Positions 54,359 to 63,500 of a stretch of 64,000 nt of DNA are shown here, in pieces. The DNA comes from a virus. Every line of letters begins with the position of its first letter. The stretch's first letter is position 1. A model generated the notes under the pieces. The model did not search any database and was not told the origin of the DNA. It saw only the letters and a program-made list of their open reading frames with translations. Location of the stretch: IMG/VR virus record IMGVR_UViG_3300019854_000029, positions 32,001-96,000 of that record. One strand, 5' to 3'. The translations under genes and the position numbers were made by a program.

Positions 54359-55120
54359 TCAGACCACTAGAGATGGGAGAGCAAAGCCCGTGAGCTTAGC
54401 TACAGTCACAATTAAAAGAACTATGTTGATTGCATGTAACGCATTAAAAACGATCTTTGTTTCCCACGTGCCGCCCGTTGAGAAAAATCCGGGCTTTCCC
54501 TTTTGTGTTGGAGGGACGTGGGGAATGATCTTGATGCGTTCGGGGAGCACATGCTTACGCAAGATGAACTTGTTGATGAACAAGCCGGTTGCGAACGGTA
54601 GTCCTTCTGGTGTGAGTAAATCCAGAATAAGGTGCGCGACGAGACCAAAGCCAATACCCATGAGTATGAGCTGCGTCAAAGCCGAGCTGAGGTTCCCCGT
54701 TGTTGGGTCGAGTTTTGATAGGAAATAGAGGATTACAGCGAGGGGGAGTTCACTGTGTGTCTGCCACGAGCGGTGCTTACAGTCGAGGACGCTCACCACT
54801 TGGCTTACGCGGCTTCCTTTGGGGAATACGCCGCGTAGGGGCTTAGTGGCGTGGAGGACGTGACTGATTGCGCGTGACACTACGTCTTGTGAGGGGAGGG
54901 ACTGGCCGGAGCGCTGCCCGATGGGCTTGAGTTCGTCCCACAGTCCGCCGGGAGCGTGGTCGAGGTCTGAGGCTGTTGCTCCCCATACTGCGAACGGGTA
55001 GAGGCACGCGAGGGAGGCTACGGGGGCTGCTGCGACGAGCGGGGAGCCAGTGTAGACGAGGAGTGAGTAGCCTGCGAGGCACGCGGTTACGCCGCCCGCG
55101 CGGTGTGTTACACCCTGCAT
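54359..55120 (-). CDS. YdjM/DUF457-like membrane-bound metal-dependent hydrolase
   Basis: MQGVTHRAGG N-terminus, HRSWQTHSELP and GLVAHLILDLLTPEGLPF resemble DUF457 His/Asp motifs. Confidence 0.55.
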   Translation of the reverse strand: MQGVTHRAGGVTACLAGYSLLVYTGSPLVAAAPVASLACLYPFAVWGATASDLDHAPGGLWDELKPIGQRSGQSLPSQDVVSRAISHVLHATKPLRGVFPKGSRVSQVVSVLDCKHRSWQTHSELPLAVILYFLSKLDPTTGNLSSALTQLILMGIGFGLVAHLILDLLTPEGLPFATGLFINKFILRKHVLPERIKIIPHVPPTQKGKPGFFSTGGTWETKIVFNALHAINIVLLIVTVAKLTGFALPSLVV

Positions 55121-55123
55121 GTG

Positions 55124-55606
55124 CTATTCACCGTCCTCTTCTTCGTTGCGGGCCGTGTTGTAGCGCTGCCGAATACCCTTGTTAACTTCACAACGGTAGT
55201 CGTAGCCTTCCTGCCCATGAACAGCACTGCGGAGGAACCTGAGCGCCCCATCGTCGGTAATCCTAAAGACACCAACACCACGCAAGACGAGCTTCTTCTC
55301 AGCTTCTAGGGCCTCTAGGCAGGTCTGCGCATAGTAGGAGAGCACCGTTTCCGCCTTGTGGACGTTGTAGCCGTTTTCGCGGGCGAACTGCTTGTACTGG
55401 GCCGCGAGAGGCTGACGATGCGCCAGACCATAGTTCGCTGGGCCGCAAGACATTTCAACCAGCCCAAGATAAGAAACGGTTTCCCCACCCTTGAGCACCC
55501 TATCGAGCGTCCACTGGGTGTAGGTGGTCAACATGTCCTCAACTTGGACGATGGGGACACCCGTTTTCTGGGCTGTTTCCCGCATGTTTAGGTTAATGAA
55601 ACTCAA
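55124..55606 (-). CDS. protein with two HU/IHF-like half-domains (tentative)
   Basis: MRETAQKTGVPIVQVEDMLTTYTQWTLDRVLKGGETVSYLGLVEM and HKAETVLSYYAQTCLEALEAEKKLVLRGVGVFRI each resemble the HU N-terminal helices plus first strand. No beta-arm is evident. Confidence 0.4.
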   Translation of the reverse strand: MSFINLNMRETAQKTGVPIVQVEDMLTTYTQWTLDRVLKGGETVSYLGLVEMSCGPANYGLAHRQPLAAQYKQFARENGYNVHKAETVLSYYAQTCLEALEAEKKLVLRGVGVFRITDDGALRFLRSAVHGQEGYDYRCEVNKGIRQRYNTARNEEEDGE

Positions 55607-55878
55607 AGTAGTTCCCTTGTTTGTACAAGAAACTCAGTAGGGTCGTTTTCGCTTTGCTCGATAATGTAGTTCTGCGTGATTACAGGGTCGTAGAACGCTT
55701 CAATCGCATAAGCGAGAACGTCTCGGTCGATACGGATATGCAACGTGTCGCCGGGCTTAATGTTGGCTTCTTGGAAGGTTTTCAGAAGGTCAGCGACGAT
55801 AGCAGCAGCTTTCTGTGCGTCAGCACTGACCGTGGAGACTCGGAAGAATCGGTCTTTAACATAATCGACAATCCACAC
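55603..55878 (-). CDS. hypothetical protein (91 aa)
   Basis: ATGA overlap with the downstream gene. Confidence 0.5.
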   Translation of the reverse strand: MWIVDYVKDRFFRVSTVSADAQKAAAIVADLLKTFQEANIKPGDTLHIRIDRDVLAYAIEAFYDPVITQNYIIEQSENDPTEFLVQTRELL

Positions 55879-55881
55879 GGC

Positions 55882-56724
55882 TTAGTGTCCAATCGTGACT
55901 TCGACGAGGTAGTCAACGAGGTTCGCGAGGACCGCACCAAGGTTAAGACCGAGGTCTTGCACGTAGCTGCCAATCACGAACAGGACGATGACAACAACCG
56001 TGGCAATAATCGTCTTAAAACGCTTCCGCGCGTAGATCATTGCCGCACTCTTAGCGGAGCCGTTAGCGCGAGCACCCGGCATTTGCACTTGTCCGCCGGT
56101 TTCTGCGAGGTCCACTGCACTGATTGCGTCTGAGGTCACCCACGTAATGCCCTGCTTGCCGCCAGGTGATGAGGACATTGGCGCGGGGCCACCCATACCG
56201 CCAATACCGCCAACGGGCATGGGTGAACCGCCGGAGGCGTTGTGCCCGCCACCAAGGAACGAGCGCGTAAAGCCAAAGTTGATGTACACGAGGTCGATCA
56301 TCGTAATGAGCGCGAACGAGCCAAAGACGAGCGCGACGAGCCAGCCAACGACGTAGCTAATCCGCCACAGGGTAGCGTTTCCGCCCGCATAACCTTCGTG
56401 GAACTTCTGCTTGTCAATCGCCCCGCCCTTCAGGAACTCTAAGTCCTTCTTGTACTTGTCGTCGGTCTTAACAAGCGGGGTACGTGAGGGGTTTGAGCGC
56501 AGGTCAACGCTCATAGGGCTGCGGCTCGACTGTGGGGTCGCCTGCTGGGTGGGGGCCTGCGGGGCGGGTGTCGTGTCAGCGTCGCTCGTGTAGTCCACTC
56601 GGACAATCCCCGCGTCAACGGGAGTTTGTGCCGCGTAGGACGTTTGAGCGAGACCAACGAACGCTGTTAGGGCAATGCCCGCCGACAGCATGGGAGCTGC
56701 CACCTTGTGCATGATGGTTTTCAC
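55882..56724 (-). CDS. membrane protein with Gly-rich loop
   Basis: Signal peptide, TM helices, and GGHNASGGSPMPVGGIGGMGGPAP. Confidence 0.6.
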   Translation of the reverse strand: MKTIMHKVAAPMLSAGIALTAFVGLAQTSYAAQTPVDAGIVRVDYTSDADTTPAPQAPTQQATPQSSRSPMSVDLRSNPSRTPLVKTDDKYKKDLEFLKGGAIDKQKFHEGYAGGNATLWRISYVVGWLVALVFGSFALITMIDLVYINFGFTRSFLGGGHNASGGSPMPVGGIGGMGGPAPMSSSPGGKQGITWVTSDAISAVDLAETGGQVQMPGARANGSAKSAAMIYARKRFKTIIATVVVIVLFVIGSYVQDLGLNLGAVLANLVDYLVEVTIGH

Positions 56725-56770
56725 GGCTGTGCCTTTCGTGGAAGAACTCGGTTACTGGTGAAACGTTTGG

Positions 56771-57448
56771 TCAGTCAACGTCTGGGAGGGTAATCCCCAA
56801 AGTGTTGCGCGTATAGTCAGCGAGCTTATTGGCTGCTTCTTCCGCGAGCGCGCGCCGACGCTCTTCGGGGGTGCGTGCGGAACCAGCCGAGTAGGGGCCG
56901 CGTCGAAGAGCGAGAGGAGCGAACTTCGTGCCCTCAAACTCGGGGGCGAGATCGCGCTTCACGCGCATGTTAACTGCGCCCACAGCATCATCGAGGGGGA
57001 TGCGCTCACAGGTGAGAACGTTGATCTTCGGGTAGGTGGAGCGCACAGACCGGAATACACTGCCGCGTGCGGGAGCGAGCTTCACGGCGGGGATGCCGCC
57101 GCGTTCACGCAACACGACAGACAAGTGCTGTTCTACGCCGATCTCAGGGTTCTGGCCGTCGATAGAGCAACTGATTTCAGGCAGGGACGCAAAGATGATG
57201 AGTTCATACAAGGTGAGGTCAAAATCTTCGCCCGCGTTGACGGTGCGCCACTGGTCTTGATTCTCGTAGTCGTACAGGTTGTTGAGGCTGAACGCGCCAG
57301 TGGTCCCAAAGTTGGGGACTCGGGGGAGGTCTCGGATTGCGTGGAAGCGGTATCCAACGATGTTGGGTTCTGCTCCGCGTCGCGCGCGTGAGGGGTCCAC
57401 AAGGAGGGCCTTCAAGTACACGCTGTCAGAGAGTGCGAACTTTTCCAT
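56771..57448 (-). CDS. hypothetical protein (225 aa)
   Basis: ATG ORF. No TM and no motif recognised. Confidence 0.6.
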   Translation of the reverse strand: MEKFALSDSVYLKALLVDPSRARRGAEPNIVGYRFHAIRDLPRVPNFGTTGAFSLNNLYDYENQDQWRTVNAGEDFDLTLYELIIFASLPEISCSIDGQNPEIGVEQHLSVVLRERGGIPAVKLAPARGSVFRSVRSTYPKINVLTCERIPLDDAVGAVNMRVKRDLAPEFEGTKFAPLALRRGPYSAGSARTPEERRRALAEEAANKLADYTRNTLGITLPDVD

Positions 57449-57495
57449 GTCTTAACTTGATGCTTTCTTTCTTACAGGCAGGTGGTGTGCCTGAA

Positions 57496-58323
57496 TTATC
57501 GGATAATGGCAATGTTACCGTGCTGGTCTACTCGGTAGGTGACTTCAATGAGGTCCCCGGACTTATAGCCGTCGTATTGGCCCTTGGGGATGACGTAGTT
57601 AATCGTTGGCCGATTGCTGTCTGGGACAGACAGGTGGACGGTGAACATGAGGTTCCCGCCGGTTTCCATGATCGACTTTGATACCACGAGGCCCGTAACT
57701 GTCTTAGGTTCAGAGAACTGTAGCGAGTCGGGGTCGATGGTGGCCCGGTCGGTCGGGGATGCGGGCTGTGGGGACGTGCTCACGGTCGGAGTTGCCGCCT
57801 GCGTAGTGGGGGCCGCTGTAGTGGTTTCTACCGGCTTAGGAGTAGGAGTCGGGGTAGTTGCGGGGGCTTGCGTCGTAGGAGACGCACACTCGGTGACAAC
57901 AACACTCGGAGTCGCGTCTTGTGTTGCCTGATGGTTCTTCACGGCGACAAAACATGTTGCGAGGAGCGCGCACACTGCGATCACACCCAAGCTCCCAGCG
58001 ATAACCTTGCCCGGTTCGTTCGGTTGGGACTGGTCTACTGCTGGGGCGGGTTCTGCCGTGGGCTGTGGGGCCTGTGACTGGGGTGCCGCACTGGCCTGCG
58101 GGGCTTCTTCCGCGTAGTAGCGGGGCCGGTAGGGTTCATCGTCCTCGCCGTACCCGGCGCGCTCAGCGTAACGCCTGCGACGCATAGGGCTTTCGCGGGG
58201 AAAATAGGGTTCGTCCCCGCCAGAGTCGTCGGTATCGTCTGAAAAGCCGGGTTCAGAGAACGTTTCTTCGTCGTCACCGTCGTCAGAGATTCCCGAAACC
58301 TTGTTCCAAAAATCGTCATCCAT
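57496..58323 (-). CDS. bitopic membrane protein with acidic N-terminus, Pro/Thr linker and small C-terminal beta-rich domain
   Basis: DDGDDEETF...TM (LGVIAVCALLATCFVAV)...TTPTPTPKPVETTTAAPTT. Confidence 0.6.
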   Translation of the reverse strand: MDDDFWNKVSGISDDGDDEETFSEPGFSDDTDDSGGDEPYFPRESPMRRRRYAERAGYGEDDEPYRPRYYAEEAPQASAAPQSQAPQPTAEPAPAVDQSQPNEPGKVIAGSLGVIAVCALLATCFVAVKNHQATQDATPSVVVTECASPTTQAPATTPTPTPKPVETTTAAPTTQAATPTVSTSPQPASPTDRATIDPDSLQFSEPKTVTGLVVSKSIMETGGNLMFTVHLSVPDSNRPTINYVIPKGQYDGYKSGDLIEVTYRVDQHGNIAIIR

Positions 58324-58598
58324 CAGTGGCTCACTTTCACTCGCGTGGCTTGGGTGGGCTTGGGGGTGAGTCGCCCGTATCTACGTTGTTTGCGGCTTTC
58401 TTCGAGGTATTCTTCCCACGCTTTGTCGCGTAGCTGCGCTCGCGGGTCGATGCGCGCTTCAGGGGAGAGAACTTCGAGGGCTTCCACGAGTTCTGGGACG
58501 CTGCCTTGTTCTTCGGCTGCGATTCCCGGTAGGTCATGTTCGACGAGGCGTGCGACGTATAGTGACGCGGTTTGTTTCTTCAATTCCTCTGGTGTCAT
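58323..58598 (-). CDS. hypothetical protein (91 aa)
   Basis: Internal ATG 58598 of ORF 58323..58817, preceded by AAGGA and lying 5 nt after the upstream stop. Confidence 0.5.
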   Translation of the reverse strand: MTPEELKKQTASLYVARLVEHDLPGIAAEEQGSVPELVEALEVLSPEARIDPRAQLRDKAWEEYLEESRKQRRYGRLTPKPTQATRVKVSH

Positions 58599-58602
58599 GG
58601 GG

Positions 58603-59367
58603 TTAGTCCTTCCTGTATTCGGTGATCGCCATTTGGGTTTGCAAGAATCGAATGACTTGCTCGCTTGTCGTGTAGTCACGGTGAGACAGTGCGATAGCGG
58701 CGAGGATGGGCAGGGGGATAGGTCGTTCCCCGGTGGACATTCCTTCCACCCATGCGCTGAACGTGTACTCTTCCCTGCGGTAGTACGCCAAGCTGAGGAC
58801 TTCCCGGTCTGTGGCATCTTCTAGCGTCGCGCACCTGACTCCACTCTCGATGAGCGCGTTGAGTTGGCCTTGGAGAGACTGGGCAACGATTTCGCGTCGC
58901 TTTGAGGACATGAACGCCCACTTCAGCAAGTCGCGTTCTAATGCGAGGACTGGTTCAGCCATGTCCGCCCACGTGAACAACCCGGCGTAGGTTCCTTCCA
59001 ATACTTGGCCGAGGAGCGCGCTCATGGCTTCGTGGTAGTAGGAGCCGACGGGCGCGGTGGCTCGGGGGACAAACCCGGTTGGGAGTCCAACGAGGCTTCC
59101 GCTGTTGCGTTCAAGGAAGTAGAACTCGCCGCGTAGGAGTGCTGTTGCTTCACCGTAGGGGCGTGCTTGAACGTCGAGGACGGCTTCTTGGGCTTTGAGG
59201 AGCGCCTGAGTGTCCTTCTTGTCGTTGTGGGCCGCTGCGGGCGTTAGGAGGCGCTTAGAGGCCGTGTCGCTCACCTTGAGGGCCGGGAGCTGGGTGTCAG
59301 TAGTTAAGGGACGCATACTGCCTCTCTGTTGCTTCAACGGGCATCGTGTAAACGATGATTCTGTCAT
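58603..59367 (-). CDS. hypothetical protein (start may be ATG 59316)
   Basis: Long ORF. No motif recognised. Confidence 0.6.
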   Translation of the reverse strand: MTESSFTRCPLKQQRGSMRPLTTDTQLPALKVSDTASKRLLTPAAAHNDKKDTQALLKAQEAVLDVQARPYGEATALLRGEFYFLERNSGSLVGLPTGFVPRATAPVGSYYHEAMSALLGQVLEGTYAGLFTWADMAEPVLALERDLLKWAFMSSKRREIVAQSLQGQLNALIESGVRCATLEDATDREVLSLAYYRREEYTFSAWVEGMSTGERPIPLPILAAIALSHRDYTTSEQVIRFLQTQMAITEYRKD

Positions 59368-60364
59368 CCTCAGACTGAGGGGGAACAGTGACCTGTCGGA
59401 ACTCGATAGGTAGATCGTCTACCGGTTCCGCGTCACCGCTTTCCCCCGTTAAATCGAGGTCTTTAACGGATACTTCTAAATTGCCAAGTTCTAGTGAAAT
59501 AGGGCCTAAACTCAGGTTTCCCACGAGGCCCATGTTGACGAACGGGGGTTCTCCAAACAGGTCAGCCGAGGGGAGTGTGGACGCGCGGGCGGGGAACGCT
59601 ACGAGTTCGCGTCCCCGCGTGGGGTCAATCTGCCAGTAGCCGCCCGTCGTGTACCAGCAGCCCTCTGGGGTGAGGTTACCGAGTTGGAGGTCACGATTTT
59701 GGTAGTAGGCTTCCACCCATTTGGTCCACGACTTACCGGTGAGGTTCATCCATTCGACAGAGGCCCGCGTCACCGGGTGGTCGAGGCCCATGTTGTACTC
59801 TCCGTCGAGACTGTTCCACATGTCCCACTTGGGGTGGGCGTTCACCCAGTCTTGGAGAGACTGATTGTCTTTACCGATAGTGTCAAAGAACAAGGCTTGG
59901 ATGTCTGGAATGTCCCACATGGAGTGGAACACGGGCATTCCTTCCCCGAACGTGCGGTTTTCAGTAACCCAGATCAGGTTCGCGTCGTTTTCCGTATAGC
60001 GTTTGAGCCTGCTCTTTTCCCCGGCTTCATCTTCGAGGGTTTCAACGAGGAGTTCACGCCAAAAAGCCGCTTCGCAAATGTAGGTGAGAATGTCTTTGTT
60101 TTCCCCGTCTATGGGGAACATTTCGTCGAGTGCTGCTCGCGCGGTGAGTCGGAGGTGGCGGGGGTTAAGTGTTGCGGTGCCGTCGAGCTTCCATGCGCAG
60201 ACGGGCGCTAGGTCATTGAGTGTTTGGTATAGGGCCGCTTCATCCCACGCATAGGGGAGAGCCTGAACGTAATGGGAGTACAAGCGCGTCAACGCGAGCT
60301 TGTAACGCCCGATATACGTCAGGGTGCTGATTGTGCGCTTTTCGCGCACCTGCGGGGTAAGCAT
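59297..60364 (-). CDS. hypothetical protein (355 aa), Trp-rich
   Basis: ATG preceded by AGGAAAC. No motif recognised. Confidence 0.65.
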   Translation of the reverse strand: MLTPQVREKRTISTLTYIGRYKLALTRLYSHYVQALPYAWDEAALYQTLNDLAPVCAWKLDGTATLNPRHLRLTARAALDEMFPIDGENKDILTYICEAAFWRELLVETLEDEAGEKSRLKRYTENDANLIWVTENRTFGEGMPVFHSMWDIPDIQALFFDTIGKDNQSLQDWVNAHPKWDMWNSLDGEYNMGLDHPVTRASVEWMNLTGKSWTKWVEAYYQNRDLQLGNLTPEGCWYTTGGYWQIDPTRGRELVAFPARASTLPSADLFGEPPFVNMGLVGNLSLGPISLELGNLEVSVKDLDLTGESGDAEPVDDLPIEFRQVTVPPQSEDDRIIVYTMPVEATERQYASLNY

Positions 60365-60407
60365 CGTTTCCTATGGTCTGCGTTATTGGTTTGGTTTGGT
60401 ATGAGTT

Positions 60408-60451
60408 GAGGCAGGTACCGGCTGGACTTGCTGGTTGCCGGTACCTGCCTC
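60408..60451 (-). terminator. perfect 15-bp hairpin after the giant surface-protein gene
   Basis: GAGGCAGGTACCGGC / GCCGGTACCTGCCTC with a 14-nt loop and no clear U-tract. Confidence 0.55.
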
Positions 60452-60554
60452 ACTTCGTAGCCTACCATAGGCATGAGCATGGTGTATGCGGTTACATCAT
60501 GTTTTTATCGTCTAAAACACGATGTTACGCGATGCGCACGCATGTACTTCACGC

Positions 60555-63500
60555 TCATTCTTCGTCATCACCACGCTTCTTGCGGGCCGCAAGGAGAATC
60601 CAACCCGCAACGAGGGCCATCACGCCGAACAATCCGCCCGCGACGATACCGATGTGGCGACCAGTCCAGTTAAGGGCCTGACGGAACCACGAGGCGTTCA
60701 CGTACACGTCCTTCACGGTGACCTCGCTGACGTTGCCAGCCTGATCGGTTGCCTTGAAGTGGACGTTATGCGCGGATGCGGACTGAGGAATGATGAGCGT
60801 GTACGTGTCATCCCCGCTCTTGGTTGCCTTCACGTCCTTACCGTCAAGGGTTGCAATGAGTTCCGTTGCGGTCATGTCACGCAAAGTCACTGTGGCAGTA
60901 ACCTGAGTCTTACGGTACGAGCCGCCGTCAGTGATTCCACTGACCTGAATCTCAGGCTTCACGCTATCGACAACGAACGAGTAGGACAGGCGCGAAAGCT
61001 GGTCTTTGCCGCCCTCGGTTTGGGAGAACACCTGAACCGTGTAGGCACCGTCCTCCTTGAACACGCTCTTGTCCACGTGGTAGTGGTACACGTAATCCCC
61101 GTTTTCGCCTCCGGTGACGGTGACGCTCACGGCGTTCTTGGGTACCTCAATGGTCTTACCGTTCAAGGTGACGCGGATTTCGAGCTTGTCATCGCGGAGT
61201 TTTTCAACGGTGATTTCGCTCAGGTCCACGTCGATAGGGGCCTTCACGTACTTGCCTTGGTAGGACGTTCCTTCAACGTCCACGGTGGAGCCGAAACGGT
61301 TCAAGATGAACTGGACTTTAGCGGTGTTACTGTTGCCCGCGAGGTCGGATACGGCTGCGTCCATCGTGTAGAGGTCGTCGGACTTGGCTTCATTGGGAAT
61401 GACAGACAAGTCGAGGTGGCCGTTGACGACGGGGACCTTGAATGTGGTGCCTTTACGTCCCGTGAGAGTGACCGAGAGGCTACCGAGATCAAGGTTCGTA
61501 TCCGAGTAGGACAAGCGAATCTCAGGGGTCTGGTAGTAGGCCGCTCCCTGAGTCACGCCTTCGATAGACAGCTCGGGCTTCGTCGTATCGACAACGAACT
61601 CTGGTTCGTTCACCGCGTTCGACTCATTGCCAGCCTGATCGGAGCTTGTTACGGCGAACGTGTTCACTCCCTCGGGGAATGAAACGGTGGCCGTGTGAAT
61701 GTTGCCCGCGTGCGACCAGCCGGAGACGAGGCCGGTGCCCGTGAAGCGCACGAGCGAGGGGTCAAAGTGGTCCTCAGTGATGGTCACTGTCGCACTGCGG
61801 GGCTGGTTGTAGTAGCGGCCCGAACGCGCGTCGTAGGTGTTCCACGATACTGCGATAACCGGGGGAACCTTATCGACCGTGAACTGCTCAGAGTGGAAGC
61901 CCTGCGCCGCGTGTCCAACGGTGTCGGAAGCGTCCAGAGAGAACTCGTAGTCACGGTTGTCTGCGAACGTCATGGTGTTGGTCCACATGTCGCCGGTCTG
62001 GGTCCATGCGCCAAGCTCACCGGCCTGCCCGCTGATCTTGAACAGGTCGGGGCTGAAGTTCGCGTCCAAGACCTTGATCGTCGCGTGGCGGTCGGTGTTG
62101 TACATGTTGTTCGCGTTGTTCACGTCGAACGTGACGCTCATTTCGGGGGCGGTAGCGTCGATAGAGAACTGGACTCGCTTCTCAGCGGAGCCGCCAGCGT
62201 TATCTTCTACGCGCACCCATGCTTCAGTGTTCTCGTGGTCGCCGTTCACTTCGAGGGGGATAGTGATGCCGGTGACGAGGTTCTTGTCTGTGCGAGTGAC
62301 GTGTACTTGCGGGTTGGACACGTGGCCGTCAATGTCTACGGTCGCGTCCCCGAGAGTGTCAGCGCCAATACCCCAAGCGACGTGACGTAAACCGGAGTGG
62401 CCTGCGCTCGCTTCGAGGTTTGCCTTCACACTGTCGCGGTACAAGCCAAGCCCACTGCGGGTGTGAGTAACCGGCTCGGGGAGGGCAATGTTCACGTCGT
62501 TAGCGGTGATGGTCGTGTTCCCGTTTTCAGACACGAGACCGTCAGGCTGGGCGACGAGAGACAGGTTGCGCGCCTTGTCGGAGGCCACTGCTGAAACGAA
62601 TCCCTTGAACCCGTCAGGAATGTCGATAGTGGCACCTTCGGCGGCTTCCACAGTGTGAGTCGTGCCGTCCGAGGAGCGGAGCGTGTAGGTGATCTTGTCT
62701 ACGCCGGAACCGGTTTCAGTAACGTGCGCTGCGACCTTCATTTTTCCGGTGACAAAGAACCCGTAACGAGAATCAGAGCCGCCGATGGTCTTACCGGGCG
62801 CATACGTCGGGTCAGTGATCGTGAACCCAGAGACAACGGGAGGAGTGCTGTCAATGGTGACGGTGGCGATACTGGTCGAGGTTGAGCCAGCAAGGTTAGT
62901 GACATCAAACGTGATCTGGTACGTGCCGTCGGGCAGTCCCGCTGCACGCGCATAATCCAAAGTGACCTGCTTGACAGGGACAGGCTTGTTTTCTTCCGCA
63001 CTGGGCTTACCTTCAGCGAGGGTAATACCGTTGACGGACACCTTGAACTTCTTGATGCCCTTCGCGTCACGCATGGTCGCCGTCTTAGGGGCGAAATCCA
63101 CGAGGGACTTCGCATACGGGAGGTAACTGTCACTATCGAGGCTGAACGTGGGAGCGTTCGACGAGTAAATGAACTTGTGGGGCCAGCCGAGAATGTCACC
63201 AATGTTGAGGCGCTTTTCGCGTCCCACAGCGTCACGGACAGTAACCTCAACATTGTCCACGTCCCCGTTATGGATGGTGAGCGTGTTCCCACTGATGTCA
63301 AGGTTTGCGCCCTGATTCTTCACGCCGCTCGCGTCTTTCAGCGTGTACGGCATGGGGGAACCGTCAGTGGGAGTGAACGTCACGCTAATGCCCTTCTTGT
63401 TCGTGTACACGCCCCACGGGGTAGGGGTGAACACGTCACTAGAGCCTGTCGTGAGCTTGTAGTCCGACTGTGCGGGCGAGTACGCGAGGTTCGCGCTCCA

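Noticed and set aside
60452-60554. A possible tenth promoter copy downstream of the giant surface-protein gene. The minus strand reads CCGCATACACCATGCTCATGCCTATGGTAGGCTAC.
   Set aside because: The CATAC and TAGG boxes are 19 nt apart instead of 10, so they are out of register, and there is no TACAC box.
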